From Nemertoderma westbladi (lineage: Eukaryota; Animalia; Xenacoelomorpha), in assembly GCA_032718475.1 (NCBI GenBank), contig JAUCBJ010002573.1, forward strand, positions 1-58,757: a stretch of 58,757 nucleotides of DNA, read 5' to 3'. Under the pieces are notes generated by a model, which was not told where the DNA came from, did no database searches, and saw only the letters and a program-made list of their open reading frames with translations. Below are positions 35,311-46,978 of this stretch, piece by piece; within the stretch, counting starts at the first letter, position 1; every line of letters begins with the position of its first letter. The translations under genes and the position numbers were made by a program.

Positions 35311-36597
35311 TTATGCGATTATTCGCAACATTCATGTCCCCAAGTTTATTCCTACAGTAATTGTGTTTGTTACACATACCGTTATAGTTAAATTAACCCC
35401 GGTACTACACGGGCTGCTTGGCGTAGGAAAAGACTGGTGACTTTGTGCTTCGGTCACTCCAGCAGATGCCGTGGTTCTTTTAACTGTTCAAGTATATTTA
35501 ACTACTGATTATTTGTTGTACCAGTACTTGTACCTAATTTAGGGTTTAGTGTACAGTGCTTTCCGAAGTAATTAGTGTGTAGGCAGTATATTTGTGTTGT
35601 AAAGTGGTTAATAGGCAAGTTGGATCTGGTAGTCCGCGGTAATTAACTTCCAGGTAGGAACACTCCGTGATACATAACGTAGTACCTATAGCGATACGGC
35701 TATAGGTCGTCAGGCGGTGGTATTTTCCTATCTGGACAGTGCAATATATTTACTACTACTTATTATTTTCAAATACCTTAGTATCCTGTCCGTTGTAATA
35801 ACCAGAATTCTAACCCTTTGTTAGGCTGGTTTGTAGACTTCCTGTAAAATTACCCTAAAATTTCGTACGTAATATTTTTGCTGTGTTTAAGTAAAGATTT
35901 AATCTCACCCGTATCGTAAGTAATTTGTAGTATTAAGTAACTTAGGTAAATTAGAATAATCTGTTTTAGTGTCCCATAAGTAGCACTCCACTGAGAGCGC
36001 ACAGCTTCTGTGTAGTGACTTCCCCAGAAATAATAACATTTATTTCAAGTATTGACAAAACCCCTTTTAAACGGGTATATAAATATTATAAATCAACTCA
36101 AACGATTTATAAATAGTAGGCCTGCCATACAACAACTAGGTCTCAATATCAGTTGGACTACTGCTTAAATAACGGTAATAAAGTAAGTTAAAGTAACCAA
36201 GTAACCCTAAAATATTCAGAAATTCAATTATTCTAAAATAATTGACATACCGGTATTTACCATAGGCTTATTATATTTATTTCTATAAATTTGGGCTGAA
36301 ATCATACCGGTACTCTGTAATTAATTCTAGTTCATAATTATACTTATATATACTAAGTGCAAGCTGTATACCGGTATTCACGATAGGCCTATTATACATT
36401 TATATATATTTGTGCTAAAATTATATACCGGTACTCTGTGACAAACCTAGTTTACAATACTTATATATACTATAACTGTATACCGGTATTCTAATATACT
36501 GTAATAAATTAACGGTACTAGGCCAACGGTCATACTGAATTACTAGACTTGCTTTAACTGTAACTATAGCAGTAAGCATTCAACTGTATAGCTAAAC

Positions 36598-39500
36598 ATG
36601 TCTGACACCCAGCAAAACCTATCAGACAGTCTAATCGATACAACCATCTGTGACACAGATAGGAGTGTGGAGCGATTAAGAAAGGAGTTCAGCTCACCTC
36701 CTACTGAAAGAAAGGTCATCCCTCCAGTAGTAGTATCAGACCCTAAGCTAATCCAACACCATAGGTCTATCATCGGCACTCGGGCCCAAGTCAAACGGAA
36801 CCAGGAAGCAGCTGTCCAACAGCAGCAACATCCTAGTCAAGAAACTTGTTCCCAGCGATCAGATAGCTCCAGTAGTTCGGATACTGAAGAGCTGACCCCC
36901 GAACGCGGAGTGCAGATGACGGCTACAGCCTACTCGGATCCCCTTCTCACCCTTCCTGCCGCAGTGCTAACTACTATATTGATTGCGGTGGAGGAACATC
37001 AAGCCGATTGGGCGAGAAGTAAGCGAGCGACCCAAGATAATTATGCGGGATACGCCAGGGAAGAATTGATGTCTATTGTCGAGTCACAATGGAACTTTCC
37101 CGGACCCGGACTCCCGTTAGATTTGTCCGAGGCCACTTGGGAGGATATATACAGGATGGGAGTGACTAAAGATACAATGGATCCAGCTGTTTGGAAGAGG
37201 TCGGCAGCAGGATATGTGCAGGGATTCTTCGGCTCCTTGGAGCGATTGGAAGGACAACTGTTTCGACAACGCCAAGGACCTCAAGAGCAGGAAGAGCTGC
37301 TATATCAAGTACGCGAAAGAACCCTACGCATTAGACTAATCCTATCAGCCTTTGAGGAAACTTCAAAAAGAAGACAGGACACGTCGCTGCAGGTTGCTGT
37401 CAAAACTTGGTTCCAGCGGGTAGGTCTCAAAGTGCAAGAAACGGATCAGTGGAAATCCCAGCTGTCTGAGAGACTAACCTATGAAGAACCAACCGATGCC
37501 ACCCTTTCTCAAGTGGAAGACGAAGAGACCGCAGAGAGACCACGAACGAGAGACGCCATCGACATTTATCTGTCCGACTATCAGCGATTCCTAGGAGACG
37601 AAGAGTTGAGGAGACGGCTGTCTGGACTTTCCCCTAATAGCGAAGGAACCCAGCGTGTGTTAGACTCAATCGATGCTGAAATGTTAGCTGCTAACCAAGC
37701 TGAGTTTGATGAAAAACTCCACCTCACTAGAGTCCAAGAAGAACTAGTAAAGAAAAAACGGATAGAGGACCGAAAGGCAGCTGCAGTAACAGCGGCAATG
37801 GCCGAAGTGGAAACGGAAAGAAAAGCAGCGGCGGCAGAAGTAGAAGCAAAAAGAAAGGCAGCGGCGGCAGAAGCAGAAGCAAAAAGAAAGGCAGCGGCGG
37901 CAGAAGCAGAAGTAGAAAGAAAAGCAGCAGATGCAGAAAGAAAGGCAGCGGCGGCAGAAGCAGAAGCAGAAAGAAAAGCAGCAAAGGCAGTGGCAGAAGC
38001 AGAACGGAGAGCCTCTGAGGAGACTACCCAACTGGAGTTGGAAAATCTGCAAGAGACGCAAGACAACATAAATAAACAGTTAACTGCTAGTCACATGCAG
38101 ATGATGAGAAAATCTACTCCCAAACGCCAGGGATATACGTCATCGGAGGAAAGCGAAACCACCGATCCTGAAGGCGGAGGAAATAGATCTCGTCTAAGCA
38201 GGCGTAGAAAAACATCTTACCATCACAAATTGCCTGATTTGCCCCCAGCTGTTAGACGACAACTAGCTAGCACAGACTTAAGTAGTATAGAACCTACAGA
38301 CCAAATTATTAAGGTCAAAAAACTCCCTACTATAGTTGATGAGCCTGAAATAATTAGGCCTGTCGTTCCCAAAGTCACTCCTGTGTTAGAGACCCCTGTA
38401 CTTCCAGAGCTTAACTCTAAATTCCCTTTACACAGTACTACACTGCCTGTACCCGGTAGAACAGTCCATGAGAATATCCCTGTCCTGGAAGCTGAGAGAG
38501 AAATCAAAGATTTGTCTCCCGTCGTCCCGCGTCAGCCCGCTACAATGTTGGCGACTCCCGCTTCGGCGGTCGAGTGGGTAGAGGAGGGACGGCGGGGGAT
38601 GAATCTCCTGCTCGGACAGATGCAGGAGACTGTCCACCAACTTAAGGTAACAGTAAGGGAAGGTAGGGCCGAATTGCAAGAAGTGCAGCAAAGTATCGCT
38701 CTAGAACGCGACAAATTAGTCAATATACAAAAAGCGATACCAATACCCCCTGTAACATTGTGTCAACCTGTTAGGTCTGAAGTATTACATGCGCAAGGTG
38801 TGGAGCCTACACGCATCTATACTGCTAGTGAAGTAGAAACTCCTATAGCAAACCCTATTAAGGGTGATTATAAACCTGTTGTTAATGATATTCCCTATAG
38901 ACCTGATAATGATCCGAGAAATTTATATACCGATAATTCGATATTAAATAACACGATGGCCCAAGAAAGCTTTACGCGTCAGATGGCTAGAACAGAAGCC
39001 CGCCAAGCGGTCAAAGTGGGAGAGATCGTCAAATTCAATGGAGATGAAATGAAATGGTTACCTTTCAACGAATATTACAAAGACAGCATACAGAACTCTG
39101 TGCTATCTAACGGAGAGAAACTTAGGTTCCTCATCAAGTGCTTGGAAGGACCTCCCAAGTTAATGGCGTTAAAGTTTATTGGACATCCAGAAGGATTAAG
39201 ACAAGTTTGGGATACATTAAACATCAGGTATGGTAACAAGGATAACATAGCTAAGTATTTGTATGCAAAATTAGTAGCCCCCCGAAACTTCCTTAGTAGT
39301 GGTATTATAGAGTTTTCCGATGAGATTCAGGAAATCTGTAGACAATTGGACTGGTTAGGTAAGTCTCATGAATATCAGAGTTCCATGGTTATTGGAGCAG
39401 TAGTCTCTACTTTACCAAAGGGTGGAGTATGTACACGCTGGGACAAGAAAGTGTTGTATATGAATGAGCAGCAACGACGAAGCCCTACCATGGCTGATCT

Positions 39501-41298
39501 CATGTCCTTCTTAGATAGTGAAGTAAAATTACAACTCATAAAGCAGTCCAGAGAGAAAACATGGGAAAATAAGGTAAGTGAGGAACCCGTTTCTAGGAGA
39601 AGGGTAACACCAGTGTGTTACACTGACGACGACGAAAGCCAAGTCTCTCAGGAAGAGGACAGCGGGAAAGACACAGCAAAATCTTACTATGATAACAAGA
39701 CCTATAAAGACGTAAGTAAATATAAGTCTCGAACCAAGGACAGGAGAGAACAGGTAACAACAACTCCTCCTACGTCTCCTAAGAGAATTCACGGAAGAAA
39801 GCCCGAAGAAAGAACGAGAGTGCATAACTTTACCCAAAGTAAGGTGAGTACCATCAAACCAAAATGTGCGCTGTGCGACGGGCCCCACCGTTTGAGTGCG
39901 TGTGCTGAATTTCTAAAGAAATCCCTTGTAGACAGACGTACAGTCCTGTGGAATAAGCGGTTATGCTATAATTGCCTCAGATCAGGACACCAACGGCGAA
40001 CCTGTTACTCCGACGTAAAGTGTGCAAAGTGTGGCGCGAAACATCACATCTTGTTACACAGTGAGTTCGAACGAGACAACCCGAGTCAGGTAAGTGAGCC
40101 CGAACTACATGTCCAATTCAGTGATGTAAATGACACTGATCAAGAATCTGAGATGGAAGGATTCTATACGGACGAACTCTCCGACACCAACGAATCCTGT
40201 TACTTAATAAATACCGCAGTATATCGAGCACTTACGCATGAAAAGGACACCGACAATGAGTTCCCCCCAACTACCTTTGACAGACAACCATCTTGGAAAG
40301 CTCCAACTTCCAACGTAGGAATCAGAGAATTTCCTGTAGTGCAGGTAAGAGTTCACGGTCCTAACAAAAGTTACATAGTGAACGCCCTCCTTGACTCCGG
40401 CAGCACAGGAACATTCATCGATCAAGAACTAGCCGAAGATATCTTTGCTGGACAACCCAAATTCCGGACTAAATTGAACATGTCAGGAATTATGCAGGTT
40501 TGGAAATCTACCCTAACGGCAGATTACTATGTAGGTGTGTTGTCCACCCCCCAGGATAAATTAGGAGCACAAGGTATAAGGTCGGTAAAAATGGTGGCTA
40601 TAAAGAACTTCGCTACTACTCAAGCAGACCTTTATAATTGGGACGAGGATGAGAGCATTCAACATCTTAAGATACCTCGATTCCAGACAGATTATCCTGG
40701 AGTGCAAATACTCATCGGCCAAAACGCGCATGAGGCGCTCGAGACATTGGAGAAACGGCCTGCTCAACCACAGCCACTACAAACCTATGCGGTAAGAACT
40801 AGAGTAGGTTGGTACTTCACTGGCCCTTCCCGTAGAACTCTCAAAGAGAGATTACCTCAACAACAGGTATACCAAGTAAAGGAATGGGAAATGGAGAGCA
40901 GTGAGGTGGACGAACTAGCTGAGGGAACACCATACTCCTCAGATAATGACGATATTTACTCCAATGTAGATCAATGGAGACATTGCCTTGGGACGATTAA
41001 TCCTGCCGACATCGCTTCCAGAGGAGCAACTCCTCAAGAACTGATAGATACTCCAGACTGGTTAGGTGGATCCGACTTCTTAAGTAAAGAAGAAGAAGAA
41101 TGGCCTCCTCATCTTACCACGGCAGAGGTTAGACAGGCCAAGGGAGCGGAGAAAGTAACACAACAACTCAATCGCCCAGCTGGTCGTTTATGTTTACTGG
41201 AAAGAGACCGAAAACTGTCCAGAAACTATGGAAGGCAAGATACTCTTCCTACGACCACTTCCCTAATCCGACAAATATCTAGGGACTCCATAACGTAA
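36598..41298 (+). CDS. gag: Bel/Pao Gag-protease polyprotein (1566 aa) ending in RNase H and integrase-tail scraps
   Basis: Uninterrupted ORF: Ala/Glu/Lys coiled-coil repeats, KFNGDEMKW capsid-like domain, three zinc knuckles, ALLDSGST, then in-frame deletions at ~40950 and ~41157. Confidence 0.93.
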   Translation: MSDTQQNLSDSLIDTTICDTDRSVERLRKEFSSPPTERKVIPPVVVSDPKLIQHHRSIIGTRAQVKRNQEAAVQQQQHPSQETCSQRSDSSSSSDTEELTPERGVQMTATAYSDPLLTLPAAVLTTILIAVEEHQADWARSKRATQDNYAGYAREELMSIVESQWNFPGPGLPLDLSEATWEDIYRMGVTKDTMDPAVWKRSAAGYVQGFFGSLERLEGQLFRQRQGPQEQEELLYQVRERTLRIRLILSAFEETSKRRQDTSLQVAVKTWFQRVGLKVQETDQWKSQLSERLTYEEPTDATLSQVEDEETAERPRTRDAIDIYLSDYQRFLGDEELRRRLSGLSPNSEGTQRVLDSIDAEMLAANQAEFDEKLHLTRVQEELVKKKRIEDRKAAAVTAAMAEVETERKAAAAEVEAKRKAAAAEAEAKRKAAAAEAEVERKAADAERKAAAAEAEAERKAAKAVAEAERRASEETTQLELENLQETQDNINKQLTASHMQMMRKSTPKRQGYTSSEESETTDPEGGGNRSRLSRRRKTSYHHKLPDLPPAVRRQLASTDLSSIEPTDQIIKVKKLPTIVDEPEIIRPVVPKVTPVLETPVLPELNSKFPLHSTTLPVPGRTVHENIPVLEAEREIKDLSPVVPRQPATMLATPASAVEWVEEGRRGMNLLLGQMQETVHQLKVTVREGRAELQEVQQSIALERDKLVNIQKAIPIPPVTLCQPVRSEVLHAQGVEPTRIYTASEVETPIANPIKGDYKPVVNDIPYRPDNDPRNLYTDNSILNNTMAQESFTRQMARTEARQAVKVGEIVKFNGDEMKWLPFNEYYKDSIQNSVLSNGEKLRFLIKCLEGPPKLMALKFIGHPEGLRQVWDTLNIRYGNKDNIAKYLYAKLVAPRNFLSSGIIEFSDEIQEICRQLDWLGKSHEYQSSMVIGAVVSTLPKGGVCTRWDKKVLYMNEQQRRSPTMADLMSFLDSEVKLQLIKQSREKTWENKVSEEPVSRRRVTPVCYTDDDESQVSQEEDSGKDTAKSYYDNKTYKDVSKYKSRTKDRREQVTTTPPTSPKRIHGRKPEERTRVHNFTQSKVSTIKPKCALCDGPHRLSACAEFLKKSLVDRRTVLWNKRLCYNCLRSGHQRRTCYSDVKCAKCGAKHHILLHSEFERDNPSQVSEPELHVQFSDVNDTDQESEMEGFYTDELSDTNESCYLINTAVYRALTHEKDTDNEFPPTTFDRQPSWKAPTSNVGIREFPVVQVRVHGPNKSYIVNALLDSGSTGTFIDQELAEDIFAGQPKFRTKLNMSGIMQVWKSTLTADYYVGVLSTPQDKLGAQGIRSVKMVAIKNFATTQADLYNWDEDESIQHLKIPRFQTDYPGVQILIGQNAHEALETLEKRPAQPQPLQTYAVRTRVGWYFTGPSRRTLKERLPQQQVYQVKEWEMESSEVDELAEGTPYSSDNDDIYSNVDQWRHCLGTINPADIASRGATPQELIDTPDWLGGSDFLSKEEEEWPPHLTTAEVRQAKGAEKVTQQLNRPAGRLCLLERDRKLSRNYGRQDTLPTTTSLIRQISRDSIT

Positions 41299-42890
41299 TA
41301 ACATATGGAGTGGGCGTGTGACTATATCATTTTATATTTGTTTTTATTTTATATTTATGTATGTATTATTATGTAATTTTATTATAATCGTTTTATTCAA
41401 TTTTATTTAGTAGAATGTTAATTTAGTGATTATTTAGTAGATTAGTGCAATGTATTAGTGTTTATTACGTACGTAATTACTTATAATATATATTTAGTGC
41501 GACGGCGAGAAAATAATTATTTTTTCTCTTTCCTTACTGTCCGTATCATATTGTAAATACGTGACTACAGTAAGATGAAATGTCCGTACTTAGTAAAGTA
41601 CAATAAAGCCACTACTATATTCAAGTATTATTGGTAGGCAGAGTATTAGGAATGCAAAGTTCAGATCCTCGTGTCTCGGCTAAACCAAGCTCTGGGTAGA
41701 CCTTGGAAACGACTTGCCTCTTCACACTGACATTGCTTCGTGCGATATTGCTCTTCTACCTTATATTAAATAATACATATAGTAGCGTGATGTCCATATA
41801 ACAGTAGCGTAAAACGCAAATAAATCTGTTAAACCTTTTGACCATCTGTAATTCTAGTCGATTAAGATATCGCGGCACCCACCGATATACTTGAAAGACA
41901 AATTCTAGAATCAGTGGTTAACGTCCCCAGACAAGTTCTGGAATAAATCGGTGCCCATCTTAAATATTAATTTAATATTTAGTAAAATCTGTAAAATTCA
42001 GATCCTTTAAATTTCTAGTCAATTAAGATATCGCAGCACTTACCGATACTCTTAAAAGACAATTGTCATAGAATTAAGGATCCTATGCCCCCAGACCTGC
42101 TCTGGAATCAAATTGTGTCAATTTTAACATCAAATAATAAAATTCACGGGAATAAATTTAAATTCGTATTTTAAATGAATTTCATAAATTGTCATTTTGT
42201 GCAATTTATAACATTCCCAAAATTCCATTAATTAATAGATTATGGGAGCGGAGATTCATCCTATTGAGTGTATTAGAGTGCGAGAATCTCCAACATATAG
42301 TCAATAGCCGATAAAATTAATAAAATCATGCATAAAGAGGATATTGACAATTAAAGAATTATTATTAAATAGCATCCCAGATCTGTATGCATGAGAATTA
42401 CCCTAATTCTACCGCTAGCATTCCATAATGTCACCATAGCAACACCCACGCTAGAATTAGAAGCAAGTTAAGAGAACAATAGAAAGCTTGTCCTATTGCA
42501 TAGCATAGAGAATACATAGCACACTGTTAGTATCCAAAGATACACAGTAATAACGTGACATTCTGGAAGACACTGACTAACGGACAAATGGCCTGTATGT
42601 GTACAATTGGTGACAGTTGTGTGGAATTTGTGCGTTTATAGGTGAATGTTACTGCTAAAGTATGTTTACAGTAGCTAGTCGCAATTGTGAAAGTAGCCCA
42701 ACTCTCCTATAGAAAGAACCTAAAGTGGATTCAAGCCTTTGGGACGGACAGTGGAGTGACTTGTGCCGGTTATCGTTGTCGTGCTGTTGCTACATGTTGG
42801 CGTAAACACCGCGACGACGGTACATCGGCGCTGAGAATCCCACTGTCCGGGGGCAAAGAGAAGTAGGCAGCGACGTCCGCTCGCCTACGG

Positions 42891-43579
42891 ATGCTTTTAC
42901 TGTTGTCATATTTTGTATTAGTTGGTTGAATATTATTTGGAGAACATTTATAAAGAACCCAAATTTCCCAATTTTCTTGATACACTACAGGTTAGAGAGA
43001 CGGGTTATATATAGCGATTGCGACTTATATTATTGTGGTTGTAGTGAATTTAATGCTATTTGATAAGCACTACATGAGTCCGTTGCTGTTCTCTTTATAT
43101 ATGATAAAATTCATTGACGGTCGGCAAATTAGTGAGCAGTATTGTGTGTTACCGGTAGTGTGCATGATTGTGGCTGATAACTAAGCATTTCCTAAAGAAT
43201 GCGCCTCATACGTGAATCATAAGCCTTACCGACTTACCGTTGTGATTAGTATAAGTCATATCTCTGTTTACCTAGATAGAGCGCCACGTCCTAAAGGAAC
43301 TGTTAATATTTCCCGAAAGTGAATAATATTAGTCAGAAATTATTTATTAACGATCAATCGAATAATACAGTAAGCTTACACTGCAATAATAATCTAAGCC
43401 CTCAGAATCCAGTCTCCCGGGTATATCCAGTGGGTGAATGGACGCGCACTAGGCTGGCTTCTGCTAATGTTGTGTTTATTGGTATTAAATATTTGTCAAC
43501 TTCTAAAGTCTATTTATAAACCAAAAGACATATAAATTTTGGCAGGTTAAACTGCTAAAGGTCTTCAAAAGCGCGTACA
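42891..43579 (+). repeat. 5'-truncated 3' LTR of copy C (689 bp)
   Basis: Matches 33676-34364; three substitutions noticed by eye. Confidence 0.95.
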
Positions 43580-43584
43580 CCAGG

Positions 43585-45807
43585 CCTTCCAGAGACTGAT
43601 GGACACAGTATGCCAGGGACTCGACTTCATATTTGTTTACCTCGATGACATTCTCGTTGCAAGTCGGTCCAAGTCGGAGCACCGTGAACACCTCCATCAG
43701 CTCTTCATGCGCCTTCAACACCAAGGCCTTGTTATCAACCTGGCAAAATGTCAGTTTGGTCGTCAATCGACTTCCTTGGCCACCGTATTTCAACTCACGG
43801 TGCCGTTCCGCTCCCCGACAAGGTCGCCGCCATCCGGGAGTTTACACAGCCAACCACGGTGAAAGGCCTACAGGAGTTTGTGGGGATAGTAAACTTTTAC
43901 CATTGGTTCGTCCCCTCCGCTGCTGACGATGCTGCGATGCGACCCCTATATGCGGCCCTGGCGGGGAAACCCAAAACACTAAACTGGACTCCCAACATGG
44001 ATCACGCATTCCAGATCGCAAAGGATGCCCTCGCCAATGTGACGATGTTAACTCATCCCAACACCAACGCCCACACAGCACTCACAGTGGACGCATCAGG
44101 TACAGCAGTGGGTGCTGTTCTAGAACAACTCATCGGTAACTCATGGCGCCCCCTTGCGTTCTTTAGCCGCCAACTACGTCCCCCGGAAGTCAAATATAGT
44201 GCATTCGACTGGGAGCTGCTTGCGCTGTACCTAGCAGTCCGTCCACTTCCGGTACTTCCTGGAAGGTCGGCCCTTCACCGCGTACACTGACCACAAACCA
44301 CTAACTTTTGCGCTCGCAAAGATCAGTGACCCATGGTCCAATAGACAGCAGCATCGCGTCACCTCTCCTACATCTCGGAGTTTACCAGAGATATCCAACA
44401 CATCGCTGGTAAAGACAACTGTGTGGCAGATGCACTCTCCAGGACTAATACCAACACCATATGCAATTTGCTTCCTGGGCTCGACTACACGGCCATGGCG
44501 GACGCTCAACTTGTCGACACAGAGATGGCCATGTACCGCACGGCTGTTTCCGGCCTTCAGCTGGAGGACGTCTCACTTGGCCCATCAGGTGCCACACTAC
44601 TATGCGACACCTCCCTCGGCCACCCTCGCCCAGTCGTTCCCAAGGCCTGGCGACGACGTGTATTCAACACCATCCACAGTCTGTCACACCCTGGGGCTCG
44701 CGCCACCAAGACAATCATTGCTGATATGTTTGTCTGGCACGGCCTCCGCAAAGAAGTAGGAGACTGGGTTAAGACCTGCATCCCGTGCCAGACCTCCAAG
44801 GTGCAACGCAACATACGTGCACCCCTCGGCACCTTCGCAACCCCTCACCGCCGATTCGACCACATACATGTTGATCTCGTTGGTCCTCTACTACCATCAC
44901 ACGGTTTCACCCACCTGCTGACGATTGAGGACCGCTTCACTCGGTGGCCAGAGGCTGTACCCCTCAGCGAAACTTCCACAGAGAGCTGTGCGCGTGCACT
45001 CATTTCGACATGGATCGCCCAATTCGGTGTTCCAGTCGATCTCTCATCGGACCGTGGTTCACAATTCCCCTCCCACCTCTGGTCGGCTATCAACAAGCTG
45101 CTGGGCACCCAACTACACCGCACCACCGCGTATCACCCACAGGCGAATGGACTGGTAGAACGGTTTCACCATCATCTCAAGTCTGCCCTTCGAGCCTCTC
45201 TCGACAACCATGATTGGGTAGACGCATTACCATGGGTGCTTCTCGGAATCCAGACAGCACCCAAGGACGACTTAGGAACCTCCTCCGCCGAGCTCGTTTA
45301 TGGTGCTCCGCTCACTGTCCCGGGACAGTTCCACCACCGTCTATAGAAACCCAACACACCCCGTCAACAATACTTCCCCAACTTCGTCAAGTGGTTGGGC
45401 GTTTTGTTCCGGTTCCCACATCACGCCATGGTTTGACTTCGTCGTCAGTTCCCCCGGGCCTACAGAACGCCACCTACGTCTTCATCCGACGCGATGCCCA
45501 CCGGACACCGCTAGAACGGCCCTATGAGGGCCACTACAAGGTTCTCGAAACTGGAACAAAAACGTTCAAGATTGAGATGGGGGGTCGTACCGAAACAGTT
45601 TCGGTCGACCGACTAAAACCAGCACATCTTGACATAACTAAACCTGTCACCCTTGCCCATCCACGGCGCCGTGGTCGACCACCTAACCCTATTCCGGTTC
45701 TCATACAACCAGCGGCTCCGAATAAAATTGTCCCATCACAGAGCCCACCCTTAGCGCCCACACAAACTCGGTCAGGACGAACAATCCACCCGCCGGACTA
45801 TTTGTAA
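43585..45807 (+). pseudogene. pol: Gypsy RT C-terminal half, RNase H and integrase (frameshifts and a stop)
   Basis: VYLDDILVAS; LTVDASG, KYSAFDWELLA, YTDHKPL, ADALSR; HSLSHPG...CIPC, HIHVDLVGPL, SDRGSQF, HPQANGLVERF, RPYEGHY, VSVDRLKPA. Confidence 0.95.
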
Positions 45808-45874
45808 ACTATTTCGAGTCCGGGGGGGGGGGGGTCATGTGGCGGAGTCACAATACTGGACAATACTCTAAATA

Positions 45875-46246
45875 GGGGCCGTCCAAGTATGACGTCTGCA
45901 CTTTTCCCCAAAATGTTGACCTAAATCAGATGTCATCAGATAGGCATTGACCCCCCCCCCCCCCCCCCTCCCCTAAATCAGATTAAAAAAATTTTAGCGT
46001 CCTAATCACTAAAACATGGTGACTGGTAACTGAAACAGAAGGTCGTACTATGGGCCTTCGGGGGCTTCGAACAATTAAAATAGGCAAGCTGTTTACTCTT
46101 CTGCTATATCTCTTCTAGCACCTATAAATGAACATGCTGACGTCAGATTTTGGCTGACCCCCTCCCCTCCCCTCATCAGCACGTCATCAGATTTTCGCAA
46201 CCCCCCTCCCCCCCCTAAAGTGCTGACGTCATACTTGGTTACGTCT
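45875..46246. mobile_element. MITE truncating the Gypsy 3' LTR
   Basis: IR CCAAGTATGACGTC-GCACTTT / AAAGTGC-GACGTCATACTTGG; internal poly-C tracts. Confidence 0.65.
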
Positions 46247-46512
46247 TACGTTTAAATTTCAAAATTCCAATGATAAGCTACGGGGATTTCCACTTAAAAA
46301 CTGCAGAATCCAGCCCCCATAGTACTCACCTCCCCATAAAGCTGAGATTAGGACTACAGCTGTTTGTACATAGTGAGATTGGTATGTTGCTTAGCAACAT
46401 AACAACAACACCAGGATTAATCAACTTATCTGACAGCGCTGACCGTATTAATATACCGGTAACAACTTACTGAGAATCAAATTAATATGTTTTAACGATA
46501 TTGTAAGTTGCT

Positions 46513-46790
46513 ACACTGTATAATATAAAACTTATGTCCATTAACTTTGTACGAATTATCTGCATTGCTATTCCCATAACAGAAGTTTCCAATGCGATTT
46601 CGTCGTTAAGGCTGTGACGGTGACCCTCCTGTGTATCAAATATCAATACCGTTTTCATTTTCACCACAATCCCATGGCGCCAGTTTAGTTTTATACTGTA
46701 GCTTGGATCGTTCGTCAATAGTCTCTGCGTCTCTCCTTTGTATATTTATTGCTAAATTCATCAATTATTGTAGAACCAACCTGCAATAAA
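46513..46790 (-). repeat. Inverted copy of 28650-28965
   Basis: Reverse complement of TTATTGCAGGTTGGTTCTA...GGACATAAGTT-TATATTATACAGT. Confidence 0.88.
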
Positions 46791-46978
46791 TATAAAACGT
46801 TAGTTTGTTATTTTCATAATTGCTCAGCAGTGGGGGCAAACATACAGTACATGAAACTTTTAAAAGCTCATATCTCAGCAATTCCTCGAAGAAGTTCAGA
46901 GTTTGTTACTGTACATATTGTAATTTATGGAAGTTGGGTGTAGTTGGGTGAAAGTTGGGTGTAGTTGGGTGTTTAAGC

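Larger units (their letters stand above)
33114..43579 (+). mobile_element. Bel/Pao copy C (non-autonomous; RT, integrase and extra ORFs deleted)
   Basis: TGT...ACA termini; TSD CCAGG at 33109-33113 and 43580-43584. Removing the element restores NAAQ-AFQRLMD of the Gypsy RT. Confidence 0.97.
31416..45874 (+). mobile_element. Gypsy LTR retrotransposon (CsRn1/Kabuki-like), 5'-truncated and interrupted
   Basis: gag 31416-31978 (AQAEAQF...TKYYYVVGAL...GDRRPSHLL...WCYFHQR); RT 32700-33113 plus 43585 onward; RNase H and integrase; G13 PPT at 45822-45834; LTR start TGTGGCGG at 45838. Confidence 0.9.
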
